A stretch of DNA of 63,782 nt, the filler included, from Lenisia limosa (taxonomy: Eukaryota > Protista > Breviatea): NCBI GenBank assembly GCA_001655205.1. It is 9 parts of 9 records of this genome, joined end to end, with 100 filler letters (N's around TTAATTAATTAA, not from the genome) between each part and the next. Parts side by side here need not be neighbours in the genome. Positions count along the whole stretch, not along the records: positions 33,521 to 61,888 come from LPNZ01006594.1; 8 more parts are not named here. One strand, written 5' to 3'. Made by a program: the position numbers and the translations under genes. The first letter of the stretch is position 1; every line of letters begins with the position of its first letter. The notes under the pieces are model-generated. The model did no database searches, had not been told where the DNA came from, and saw only the letters and a program-made list of their open reading frames with translations. Positions 37,690-49,680 of the stretch are shown here, one piece after another.

Positions 37690-38060
37690 TGCAGAACTTC
37701 TTGAAAACTGATATGTACGTATATCTTTGACAATACAGCTTCAAAGGTGTCTAAGGAGCAGTCTTCGACTGCAAGTTTCCAACATTCAGCAGTAAGATAA
37801 GAAATCCTTCGTTTTGACAAGTAAAGAACGTATTACTATCAATCAGTAGGGTAAATAAATACACTTTCCTTCTTGTTCAACAAGATCTTTCCTCCAAAAA
37901 ACGCCCGTTCTTCAATTCAAGTTTTTCAATTCAAGGTAGTAAGAGGATCCAAAAAGGAAAACCATCTATCTTTAGAAAGCAGAAAAAGGAAGGAAACAAA
38001 AAAATAACTTATAATACTGCATCACTTTGCATTAATTACATCAAATAGATAAAGTAGAAA
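37690..38060 (+). repeat. Dispersed repeat; second copy at ~50150-50480, with an internal ~220-bp duplication at ~50385-50600 / 50718-50940
   Basis: Shared GCAGTCTTCGACTG..CAAG.TTCCA.CATTCAGCAGTAAGA.AAGAAATCCTTCGTTTTGA.AAGTAAAGAAC and AGAAAGCAGAAAAAGGAAG...ATACTGCATCACTTT. Confidence 0.85.
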
Positions 38061-39744
38061 CAAAACCTAACTATTGGTGGAAATGATTCAGAAGAGTAGA
38101 CAAATACAGTCGATTCAAGCGGGAGTTCAATTAATTCTGTAACCTTATTTATACGATTTAAGGCCTGGGGGTGACAGTTTTAGGCAACAACTTTTTTCTT
38201 TTTTTTGTTCTTTCTAAATCACTGCTAAGCTTGGGTAGAAGAAGGAAAGTGATAATTAAGGGTAGGAAAAGAGGGGAAACAATATGAAGTGAATTAGTTT
38301 TTGAGATATCAGTGGAATCTTGATAAAAGTGTCCTGACGTGGTGACAAGCCTCTTGATTAATAAAGTAGTATTCTAAGACCTAAGACAATCTGACAGAAA
38401 CAGAAAGCTAAAGATGCACTCAATCTGGAGCTTTGATCATCCTAAGGTTCTTTTTCTCCTGAATATCGCCAAGGCTTTTTTATTTTAAAATGCTTATCAA
38501 GCATAAATAAATGAAACATAGATTTTAATATGAGCAACAGTTGGATGGGTGACATGGAAATTCTAAAAATGGGTGGAAATTGCCTGGAATGTGCCTGCCG
38601 AGGCTAGATGAAACCAAAACTACAATATATTGACGATGAGTAGGTGTTGGTTTCCGTAGTCACTTAAAGTATTCAAATTCCTCAAATATCGTGTTTCAAC
38701 CCCAAAAAGAATAAAAGCCCAAAAACGTCTTAAGTTGGAACAACCTCGTAGGGAAAATGGGCATTTTTACGTTTTTCTACCTGACGCTTTTTCATACAAA
38801 AAATATTTCATGTGAAGAAAGGGAAAGAGCTTGAAGACATGTTCAATGAATCTTTTTCTCTTTTCAAATGATTGTATCTTTCTTCCTAATCTGTCGGAAG
38901 GTGTGCTCCCGCATAATATCCTTTCTTTTTGACCATTTTACAGTGGAAATCATTTTAGAACAGTTCAAGATGATTTATTCTTTTCAATTGATCTTTTTTA
39001 TAGGTTGAAATCACCTGCTCTCAGCTTTAAAGTGGAGACCAATTAATGCTGATTTTAGAAAAATTCTCCTCAAACCCCATCAAAGTAATGTAACTCAGTT
39101 AAAGCTGTTGTTAAGGTGCAGTCGTTGTTTTATTTTTGCAAATAAAGTGGAACTGTGTACACAGTTTTCAAAATAACCCTTCGGGATAATTCCGCAGGGT
39201 AGTATTTCGTATGAAACAGCTCTAACATCAAACCACGGGGATTTCTGTCGACCAGTTGCAGCACTGCTTGTTGCAGGCACCAGTACAATAAGCCGAGCGA
39301 CGATGCCATCAACTTCGCTCCCACAGACAACTGAGGCAGCATGGGTACAGTTTGGATAGGTTATCTTTCTAACGCTCTTTAAGCTGATATTTTTCAAAAC
39401 ACACCCCTTCAAATTCCTCTCTCTCACTTGTTTGTGGAGCTACCATGATAAATACAGATAAAGTTACCAAGTAAAGACTACAAAAATCCATTCAACAACA
39501 AAAAAACGAAACTGGAGTTAAAAGTGGCTCGGTGGCGGAATTAGAAATTGGGGTTTATGGACATTTATTTCTGCTCATCTTCAGCCGAAAGGCTGCCTTA
39601 CCTTGTACTCTGAAAAGGGCATCTCATTATATATTTCAATCATAAACGATACACCTAAATGACTCCGCTCCAGTCCATAGTGGGGCCAATAACCCATGAA
39701 TGTGGTTTATTGGCACTACTTTTTATTTTTTGTTATTTTTTTTT

Positions 39745-40006
39745 GGTCTGGAGTGGAGCTAATTTCAACAAATATTTCACCTATAGTAGACTCCAGACCA
39801 TACCACGACCGAAGCCACTGCCTAAGCCTAAGGCTAGACTGGGTTCCTTCGCTTCCCTGCTAACAATTTCAGGTACTTTTAACTCTCTTTTCAAAGTTCT
39901 TTTCATCTTTCCCTCAGGGTACTTGTTCGCTATCGGTCTCTCGCCGGTATTTAGCTTTAGATGAAGTTTACCACCCAATTTGAGCTGCATTCCCAAGCAA
40001 CTCGAC
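39745..40006 (-). rRNA. LSU (28S) rRNA fragment (conserved core between D1 and D2, plus probable start of D2); retroposed pseudogene, not an rDNA unit
   Basis: Minus strand GTCGAGTTGCTTGGGAATGCAGCTCAAATTGGGTGGTAAACTTCATCTAAAGCTAAATACCGGCGAGAGACCGATAGCGAACAAGTACCCTGAGGGAAAGATGAAAAGAACTTTGAAAAGAGAGTTAAAAGTACCTGAAATTG...GGGAAGCG is the eukaryotic LSU core. A-rich tail at 39721-39744; flanking 14-bp direct repeats. Confidence 0.93.
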
Positions 40007-40153
40007 TTATTGGCAATATTAGCAAAATGAATAAAGAATCTACAAAATTTGAACACATAATCCACAGAATTTACATACCACCGGAACACAATCAGCAACA
40101 CAAGCTAACATTGCTGAAGCCCAGGTGGTGGGAAGAAAGATAAACTGCGTGGT

Positions 40154-41820
40154 TCAAGCAAGAGTCCATACTCCCTCAAGAACTTGAACTCGAATTATTC
40201 CGCTTAGGGCAAGCAAATCATTGCGTGAGGCAGCGTCCGCAAGTTTGTTATCAGCAGTCGGAATGTATGTCAGGTGCATGACGCATTGCGATGACATAAT
40301 GAGGCGGTTTAGCGAGAAGCAAATAGCATTTACCACCCGAGAGTTTTGGAGGGATGGTGAGGCACCACCTTTATGAAACCAAGAGATTGCGCTCGTATTG
40401 TCACACCCGCTAAAATGCTGGAGTTTGTTGGAAGATTCTTGTCAAAAATCAAGTACATTAATGTGCAACTCTTTGCATTTAAGAGGAATTTCCGCTGAGA
40501 AGATTTTTTTTGACTGTGCACAATTGCCACCGATTATGGTAGAGCTGGCGTGTCCTGGTCCGAGAGGCGTTTCGGAGGGGCCAACGTAATGATACCTGAC
40601 CAGAGGGGATTCTTCAAGAGATTAACCCATGACTTCATTCCGATCTTGGCATCCTCCGAGGCTTCAACAGGTGATGAAGAAGAGCGGATCCGGCTGATCT
40701 CATTGTGGATAGACTTTAGTGAGGGGGCGGCCTGCAGGAATAACACGGGCCCAGGCTAGCTTTCAAGATTGTAGCGACTTCACAGCAAGGGGTGAATTGA
40801 TTGCAAATTTCAGATGCAAGTAAGCCTGTATCTTGTCTTTGGGAGACGGGCAGTCATAGACGGAGTATCCAGTTCCACCCCCAAGACTGCGAGTTGCAGG
40901 ATGAGATACCTTTTGCTCACCATATGGGATTCCGACAATTGTCCAAAGTATCAAAATAGTGACAAGGATGTATCTGCCCAAAAGCTCATTTTCAGCGCAA
41001 CCAAAAATGTCGTCAAAATAGATGGAAATCACCCATTTTGTTTCATCGAAGAATTCTGGAAAGGACATTATATAGTCCATTTCATCACTAGTGAACTTTA
41101 CAAAGGTAGCGTTCAGCATGTGGGGAAACTCAGTCAAAATTACACCTTCTTTTGCCCAACGTACACAACCAGATAGGACGGCACGTGAGATTACATCGAA
41201 TAAAACAGGGCAGTTTTGGAATCCAAAGGGTAGAAAGCGAAATCGGAAGATCTTACCATCCAGGGTCTTGTATTTGGCTTGACTCACGAATGGGTAGCAG
41301 ATTGAAAGCGCTTTCCATATCTGCTGAGAAAAGCACATATCCAGGTTGAAGCATATTGGACCCGATTCTTCACCGAAATAGGAGCTGTCTAAAATTGGAC
41401 GAATCTTTGTCTTTTTCAGATGTGGAATCTCTTTGATCACAATACCGACAGGGTTAATATTTGCCCTCGCAGGCAGAGACGCAACCTCAACGACAGTACC
41501 AGACTTTTTCAAAATCTTATAGGCTTCAGAAAATAATTTCGTATTGACTTCGGCATTTGGCCAATTTTGTACCTTGTTTCGGGTGACAGTAGAGAGAGTC
41601 CTTAATACCCAGATCAACACCTTTCCACAGGATTGCGGAAGCAATATCCCGCTCTTCAAAATTAGATTTTTCCATTTATTGGTCCATAATCATCGGGTTG
41701 ATTTTGTAATAAGTAAGGAGGGTGCTAGTTGGCGACCCCATAATTCTTCAACTTCTCTTGGGGCAATCGCCTTTCGCATACCGGAACCGTAATAGGCATC
41801 GTAGTCGGCCATAGAGACAT
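40154..41820 (-). pseudogene. Reverse transcriptase-RNase H of the DIRS-like element
   Basis: INPVGIVIK...KIRPILD, FRFRFLPFGFQNCPVLF, ISIYFDDIFG (YxDD), and RNase H C-terminal MHLTYIPTADNKLADAASR (DIRS-type pattern). Broken into at least four ORF pieces. Confidence 0.88.
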
Positions 41821-41984
41821 AAAAACTCCTGTCTTCGGTCCCCCGGGGCCCTGTGTATTGTCAAGAGTTGTTCTGTTATTGCACCCTTATCTTGAGAAGA
41901 CTTGCACCGAGAAAAGATTAAAAAACATGCATGTTTACCAACAACTGATCAGCCTTAATGGGCGGCCCTGTTTTACCTTGAAGC

Positions 41985-43158
41985 AGGTTTTCACAGGGTG
42001 ACCCTAGCGCTTACAATTGAGGCAGACCTGTCTGTGGTTGCATGCTGCTCGCGAGCTCCCGGCGTCAGAGTTGAACTCCTTGCAGATAGGAGTGTTACTT
42101 CTAGGGTGTAAGGATAACATTTCACTTTTAAGGATAATATCATTTCGACATACATGTAGGCCTATCCATTCTTGCATTCGCCACCCATATGGACAAAGGG
42201 GGAGCTGGATGTGCTCCTGTTGATTACATCAACGGTATCCACCTAAGAAGTGCTATTGTTGTTCAACGTCTCTTTCATTTCTCTCAAAGAAAACAGATAT
42301 CGTCTACCAACCTTGTTTCTACCAGATTCAAACTCTTGATGTAGGAGCCAAATACCCTGAAATTATTGACCGAGAAGGACCCCCCGTGCATGATACCACG
42401 GAGGGCCAGGACAAGGGTGTTGTGGGCCTGGTCATCTTCAATCTTTGGAAGCACATTGTCGGAATTTAATCAGATGGATAACAACAAAAGAGGGGGAAAA
42501 GGGTAAACCCATATCTTTGGGGGGCAGAAGGCTAATTTCTCCCAAACTTCCTAATAAGGCAAGATTAAAGGTCCTTTCATCCAATATTCAAGGTCAGTTT
42601 TAAGTAGTCTATCCTTATTGAATTAAGTTACGTAAGCTTACATCAAATCAATAATTGACTTGTAACACCCTCCTACTGAATCATTTCCTCTCGACTTCCT
42701 CACTGGGAGGCTCGCTGGCTCTCTCTGAACTTATGAGAAGCGCAAATCCCTTCCAGGGTCAAAATAAAGCTACTCTCGTCTTTCAAGACATCTAAGTAAG
42801 CAAAGGGGGTCTTAGTGACCTAGCATCACCGCAGTGCATGCACCAAACCCCTCAGGGTTTGGATTTCTCTATACTGAGCTTATCACCCGGTTTGAATGTA
42901 AACAACAGCATCTTTCAAGGTATATAAAGCATGAAATTTTCAACTCACTCACAGAGATTCTTGGGATCCTCTCAAAAGAAGGAGAGGGAACTTCTTCAAC
43001 CTCTTTGAGATCATCGTCGTCATCATCAAAGTCAGTGGTAACCTTCTCCTCAGCCTCGGGTGCAGCAGCCTTCTTCTTCTGGGTCTTCTGGGTCTTGGCA
43101 GCAGTTCTGGGGCCGGGGATGGCGAGCGGGCACGCTTGTTACGTCTTGTTGACACCAT
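41985..43158 (-). pseudogene. Gag-like ORF remnant with C-terminal zinc-finger motif, apparently intron-interrupted
   Basis: PICKEFNSDAGSSRAACNHRQVCLNCKR*GHPC resembles the CxxFN...C...C..H.C..C..GH gag motif of DIRS elements. Basic then acidic N-terminus from ATG 43158; GT...AG-bounded AT-rich gaps between coding-like blocks. Confidence 0.55.
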
Positions 43159-44693
43159 GATAGCTCAAAATTTGACGAGAGGCTCTAAAAGTGAATGAAA
43201 AGTATAAATCAAAACAGGGTGATTTGGATAGTTCGTGAATTATTTTTATTTATTTATTTTTCTTTCGAAATAAGGGTAAACCTTATTTCTTATTGTTTTG
43301 TTTCCAAGCAACCTTTGTCTGTTATTTCTGAAATCCGTTGTTAAACACACTTCTGCATTTCAAACTTTTTTTTGTTGCGTCTGCTTTTGGCTATTATTAG
43401 CTTTTAAATAAACGCTGCTCTCAAAAGCGAGAACTGAAGGATTTTGAATGCTGATCAGTAAAATGCTGCAGGTTTGTTAGAGCTTCTGTAGTTCTTTTTG
43501 ACTCAATTAGGTTGCCTAACGACTTAAATGAGGAGTGGTTTGTCTAACTTCCGACACCATGAACTCTGCCTTCTCTACTCTCCGCGCAAGCTGCTGAGCT
43601 CTCTAAGCTGTAATTAAGACTAAGTGAAGCAAAATCGATATATTAAAGGATGTCTGAGGGATATACAATCTCTTCGTCGTCAGAGTCAGAGTCAGAGAAG
43701 TTGGGGCTACATGAGTTATTGGGTCGTAAGTAATAACCATATATATGTTTCAAAATGGGAGGGGGGGTAGTAAAACGAAGGAGATTTCGATGAAGAATAC
43801 TTGCATAAATGTACTAATCACGAACCGAATAATCTGAAACTCCAAACAAATCAACAAATGATGAAAGTTAACCAATAACAACAATATTTGAAAATGAATA
43901 AATTAATTATGAATTATGAATATTAAATAAATTTCGAGTTATAAATTAATCTCTACAAACGATAAATAATTGTAATAAAAAAAATTAATTCAAAAAATTA
44001 ATTGCACCGACTTCTAATAAATAGTGTCTTAGAATCCACCAACCCAAAAAAAAAATTGCTGAGCGCTGAAATTGAAGATCAGGGGTGCGCGAGGAGGAGA
44101 GTGCATTGAATTCTTAAGAGGGAAGAAGAGGAGGAGAGGAAGAGTAACACACTCAAATGAACAAAAAACAAAAAGCTAGAAAACAGAAGATCCTGCCTCC
44201 CCAAAATTGAAGTAGCCATCAAAAGCAGTGAAGTAGCATTGTGTTGCGGTCAGCTGCGAGTGCCTAGAGTGATTAACAATTGTATCTGGTTAAAAGAGTC
44301 GTTTATGCTTTATTCAGCAAAGAACAGAAGAAAAGAAGAGAGAAGGCACACCTTTAAGGAAGAAAGCTTCACAAAAGCGGTCTGAAACTCCTTGAAAAGC
44401 GTGAAACAGATCAAAGCTTGGGTTGAAAGCGACATCTAAGGGAATTAGAAAAGTAATACGCATGCTTCAAAAAATGTGACACAAATCAAGAACCAAACAC
44501 ACCTGAGAAGAATTCACCAAATAAGATGGCTTTGTGAACGACCAAAGAGTGTTCGAAAAAGTAACATTTTCGAAAGTTTGAAAAGAGGAATTCAAAAAGA
44601 AAAGGTGCTGCTTAAATAGTAGAAAAAGGGTGACCAGGTTCAGTTCACTTTTAACTATTTTCATAACAATAAAATTGGCTTTTTTATTAGGCA

Positions 44694-44775
44694 AAGGGGG
44701 ACTTCCAACATGATGTCAACGTTCGATTTTCCTTATGATCTCTTGAATCATCTTTCCGCATTTCCATCCTGTTTT
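44694..44775 (+). repeat. Dispersed ~80-bp module; copies at ~47445-47528 and, diverged and reversed, ~51265-51330
   Basis: GGCAAAGGGGGACTTCCAACATGATGTCAACGT.CGATTTTCCTTATGATCTCTTGAATCATCTTTCCGCATTTCCATCCTGTTTTCC. Confidence 0.9.
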
Positions 44776-45366
44776 CCACATCAAAACTCCCGGACAGTGA
44801 GTTCTCCATACAAAATCACCAGAAACCACCCAGAAACCCTATTTCCCTTCTGTTTTTCCAAAGTAATCTCAATCTTAATCAAATAATAAAACCCCAATTT
44901 AACATATTATCGGGTCAAAACCAAATTAAGTCCCTTAGCTCTCTATTTACGGTCCAAAAACGGTCAAAAACAAGCAAAAACCGTTATAAAAGGCCANNNN
45001 NNNNNNNNNNNNNNNNNNNNNNNNNNNNNNNNNNNNNNNNNNNNNNNNNNNNNNNNNNNNNNNNNNNNNNNNNNNNNNNNNNNNNNNNNNNNNNNNNNNN
45101 NNNNNNNNNNNNNNNNNNNNNNNNNNNNNNNNNNNNNNNNNNNNNNNNNNNNNNNNNNNNNNNNNNNNNNNNNNNNNNNNNNNNNNNNNNNNNNNNNNNN
45201 NNNNNNNNNNNNNNNNNNNNNNNNNNNNNNNNNNNNTACGGATTTTTGACATTTGCTCAAAATTGAAAAAAAAAGTTAGGGAACATTAGGAGGTCCATTT
45301 CTCTATGTATCTGTCGAAGCATTTTTTCAAAAAACACTAGCAATGGCCTATACAAGGTGTCAACTT

Positions 45367-45830
45367 CAAGCTGTCCGGGAGTTTTGATGTGTCCGGGAAT
45401 TTTGAATGATGTCCGGAGCTTTGAGGACCCACATATATACTTTTGACAAATGACGATTTTTGCTGTATTGACAGGTAAATGACAAAAGTCCCTGGGAAAA
45501 TGATACCTCTCAAAATCCCATGGATATATGATCGCCCATGTACACACGGGACCGCCCTTGGGAACGTCGTCGGGATGGGTTTTGTTAGGCTCTTCCTCGG
45601 GATTCCATCGGCCTCAACAAAAAGTCTCGACCCATCCCCCCCCACCATGTTGGGAAGTCCCCATTTTTAACCCTTTCAAGAAAAGTGAGTACAGTACTTT
45701 TGACAAATGACGATTTTTGCTCAAATGACAATACATTGACAAAAGTCCCTGGGAAAATGATGCCTCTCAAAAATCCCTTCGATACATGATCGTCCATGTA
45801 CACACGGGACCGCACTTGAGAACGTCGCCC
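45367..45830 (+). repeat. Composite repeat: ~135-bp direct repeat (45437-45575 / 45693-45830) plus a 5' module also found at ~63167-63238
   Basis: TACTTTTGACAAATGACGATTTTTGCT...GACAAAAGTCCCTGGGAAAATGAT.CCTCTC...CATGTACACACGGGACCGC occurs twice. AAGCT.GTCCGG.AGTTTTGATGTGTCC...GACCCACATAT is shared with 63.2 kb. Confidence 0.85.
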
Positions 45831-46439
45831 GCTTTGTTCCCAAGGGACATTACATATTCCTCAAACAGTATATTCCGATAACGTGTCACCCCATATCTTC
45901 TGCCCTTTTTACCCCCTTTATTCCCTTTGCCCGGCAAATGATGTTTTATGCTTCCAATAATCAGGGTTAGAATACACTGTTGATATATAGGGATTTTGAG
46001 AGGGGGAAAAAAAAAAGCAGCATTCCTTATTTAAGATAAAACTTGAAGGTTTAATAACAATATTGTCAAGAATGAGAGGGATTAGAGCTGGTAGGTCTTG
46101 AAATGGGGCACTAATAAGCAGAAAACCAGAGACAGCATTTAACACATTCATAGCTAATGTGTTAACCAGAATAGACCAAACAAATTTGCCCGGATTTATC
46201 CGGAGGTGATTGAATGTTGGATAAAGCAATTGTCATCCGCCCTTCAGGGGAAATGTCAATATCTTCTATCTACACAATTGAGTATAACAATTAACCAAAC
46301 CGAAATATTCACTTTACTCCCTGCTCCTCCAATTGACTGAATTGTCCAATTTTCCGGCTCATGGATAACCGCATTCTCTAAATTCCATTCTAATACTGTT
46401 AAAATCCATCGAGTAGTTCACATACACATATTTATTTCA

Positions 46440-46620
46440 AAATTATTGAGACATCTTTACCACATTGGGTATTTGGAAGAAAATATTTATGTGAAATTTC
46501 AGATTTGTATAACTCTAGTTTTAGGTGTAATAGTACATTGACACCTGGTGGTATACGGCGCTTGAATAATAGGGTGCCAAATCGGAAGTAGACTCGGAGC
46601 ACCATCCATCCATCAAAAAA
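46440..46620 (-). pseudogene. Possible FKBP-type PPIase C-terminal remnant
   Basis: MVLRVYFRFGTLLFKRRIPPGVNVLLHLKLEL resembles ...YG..G....IPP.A.L.F.VEL. No intact upstream part. Confidence 0.3.
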
Positions 46621-47279
46621 CTACAAAACCCAACAAAAAATAAAGGATTTACCTCATGGTGCGTAATGCATGATTTTTAAACAAGGAAAATAATAATAAA
46701 AAAAAACATTAGAAATCTTGGGGGAAATAACAGATATATACCATCTGACCCCCAGAGGCTTCAGGAAGGTAGTAAGACGGGCGAGATCAGATTGGATCAA
46801 TACATATAGTATGTGATGTGAGTATTTCGTCAAGGCACAGATACAAGAGTATATTTAGGAAATGATATTTTCAATTTTTTTTCATCTCTTTTCATCTTTT
46901 TGCCAGTGAGCTTATTGGTTCAAAAACATTTATTGTTCTTCTGGTGAAACTCTCAGTCATGTTATTTCGGACTGTGTCTGAAGAGTGTGATGAAGATGAC
47001 AGTGCTGTATAAGAAAAAAACGTCAAGGTGATACTGAAGACTTAGTACTTAATGGTGACAGCCCTGATCCTGTCATAGTATAATCGTGTTTCGGGCAACA
47101 AATTGCCACACATGAGAATTATTGGAACGTCATTTATTTGACTGTAATTTTCATCATATTATTCGTCATATTTTTTTCTCAAAACTTCATTATCTCGTAA
47201 AGCTTTAGCCGAGTGAGTCTCGAGGAACATATCCGCAAATAATCAATTTTAAAAAATAGACCGCGGTACTAAATTACTA

Positions 47280-47745
47280 TTTTTAGTTTTGAAGCCGCAG
47301 AAACCAATTTTTAGCCCAGTTTTCATGGGATGTTTTGAGTTTTTCAAAAATTTATTTTTTTCACGCACATGTCGGATGATTACATGCCTTTTTCCGACTA
47401 AAAAGTTGGTGGCCATTATAAACTACTCAAGTAAATTAGTGGCAAAGGGGGACTTCCAACATGATGTCAACGTGCGATTTTCCTTATGATCTCTTGAATC
47501 ATCTTTCCGCATTTCCATCCTGTTTTCCCTCTAGATTAATACAGAAATTTTGCCAGGAAAGTGTTGATTTTTATCTGCAACTTGCTTATTTAGCCTTGGA
47601 TTCCACTAAATTTACACCACTAACTTAAGTCGGAAAAAGGCATGTAATTCATCCGAAATGTTGTGCCCAGAAATTGAGTGTGGTATGAAAACTGGGCTAA
47701 AAATTGGTTTCTGCGACTTTAAAACTCAAAATAACAATTAATTAC
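47280..47745. mobile_element. Fold-back element with ~140-bp imperfect inverted arms
   Basis: GCCGCAGAAACCAATTTTTAGCCCAGTTTTCAT...TTACATGCCTTTTTCCGACT versus AGTCGGAAAAAGGCATGTAA...ATGAAAACTGGGCTAAAAATTGGTTTCTGCGAC. Confidence 0.75.
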
Positions 47746-48159
47746 CTAAATAATTAATGCCCTAATTTATGAGGAATCATATTCACGAGGGGAATGATTG
47801 TAAACGTCATTTTTTTACAGTGATTTCATAATATTGGCCCAAAATCGTCTTGCAAAAGAAAGTCCTTACACTTTAAAAGGGAAAAGGTGACGGAGAGAGA
47901 CTAGAGGAATGATGCTTTAGCTGGTTTATCAGAACATGATCTTCAACAATTTCAAAGGTTATCCGTTTGCTGTTTATATTATTTTCATACTGTTCAAAAA
48001 GCTCTGGTTTATACTGTTTTAATAAAACCAAAATAAAACAAAACATAATTGAAATTGAAATATACCTAGAGGTAATACTCAGTAACCTGGATGACCTCAG
48101 TGCCGGGTGAGACCGAGGAACCTCCGCAAAACAACCAAGGTAATCCTGGAATGCCATAT

Positions 48160-49680
48160 CCCCTCGGGAACTAACAAATACCCTAGGGAAATTGGAAACG
48201 TCATATTTTTCGGGAAATTCGTCATATTTTTTCAAAACGACGACATTTTTAAACAAATATCATTGTATGCTGATATCATGATCCTTTACGGGACAAGGGG
48301 AACAACGATTTAGCTGCAAAAGTGTGGTTAACATCGCTTTTATTCGTGATATGGAATAACAAATATTGAACAAACAACCTCAGGTGTCAATGTCTCAATT
48401 CCTCCTTATTACGTAATAAGGGGGGAGAAAATGACACCCACAAACAAAGAAAATCATATCCAAAAAAAATGATTATGCATGAAATGGTCAGCTGACCATA
48501 TTCTATCAGGATTCTACCAGATTCTATCAGGATTCTATGAAGAATTAGAGAGACTATTTGAAAGTTCAGTTCACTTGCATTAAAGTGAAACCCCCTTTTT
48601 ACAGAAAACCTCTAAAACCATTGTCGGCACCCCCCCTCCGCAGACCCTTTGTGCCACCTAATGTGTTTATGTCTATGTATTAATACATGATACACCATCA
48701 AACACCAATTTATCAAAACTAAATCCTTGCATTTTCCATTCCAAATCGGGGAAAATTCAGTCATGATAATTACTCCTTTTACCTTATAAGATCAAAAATG
48801 CTGATTATTGCAATACAATACAATAAAAAAAATATATCATATTGTGAAAGAGGTAGGTGCGAGGTAGAACATACTATTATTTGAAACTTCCAAAATAACA
48901 TTGGTTCGCTTTGGCCATTGAAATGTCATATCAATAGATAAGCTACAGAGATTAAAACAAAAAAAAAACAGAATGGAAACAGAGATTTATTAAGTTCATG
49001 AGTAGGGAACTGTATCAAACATACACCCTAGGGAAATTGGAAATGTCATATTTTTTGGGAAATTCGTCATATTTTTTCAAAACGACCAGGGTAAGTGAGG
49101 GGGAAAGAAAGGGTGACACGTCATCGGAATGTCAAAAATATGACGCATATGACGCCAAAATATGGTAAATATCATATAAATAATGTGACTTTTTCATTAA
49201 ATATGGCATTATTTTACAAAAAATATTAGATTTGTCATAAAAAAAAATATGACATTGCCAGATACTTCTCTTCTCTAAATAAGTCAGATTACAAGAACTT
49301 TTCGTGACCGAAGGACGAACGAGGCATAGCCGACAAAACAACCAAAAAATCCCGAATGCCATATCTCCGAGGGTGCGTCGAGGAAATATGAGCCATCATG
49401 TACCCTTGGGAAAATGATAGTCATATTTTTCGTTTTGGGGTCATTTTTTTCTCGAAAAACGCTCTGATCGAACTATTAGAAGCATAAAACACGATTTTGC
49501 TGCAAAAGTGGGGTTAACATAGCTTTTATTCGAGATATGGAACACCAAATATTGAACAAACAACCTCAAGTGTCAAGGTCTCAATTCCTCCAAATTACGT
49601 ACTAAGGGGGGAGAAAATGACAACCACAAAGAAAATCAGATCCAAAAAAAAATGATTATGCATGAAATGGTCATATATAC
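48160..49680 (+). repeat. Mosaic of repeated modules: 48180-48245 = 49025-49087; 48310-48490 = 49495-49672 (diverged at 53160-53260); 48545-48690 = 53265-53410
   Basis: Direct matches such as CCCTAGGGAAATTGGAAA.GTCATATTTTT and GCTGCAAAAGTG.GGTTAACAT.GCTTTTATTCG.GATATGGAA.A.CAAATATTGAACA. Confidence 0.85.

Larger units (their letters stand above)
38500..43200 (-). mobile_element. Decayed DIRS-like (tyrosine-recombinase class) retrotransposon; outer limits approximate
   Basis: Gag-type CCCH/CCHC zinc finger remnant, RT, and DIRS-type RNase H in that order on one strand, with stops and frameshifts. Only weak recombinase-like motifs lie downstream. Confidence 0.75.

Noticed and set aside
47150-47215. 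DnaJ-like ending (ALRDNEVLRKKYDE)
   Set aside because: KKYDE comes from the AAAAAATATGACGAA repeat motif that also produces KKYDEFPEKYD in the 47873-48256 ORF. No HPD motif.
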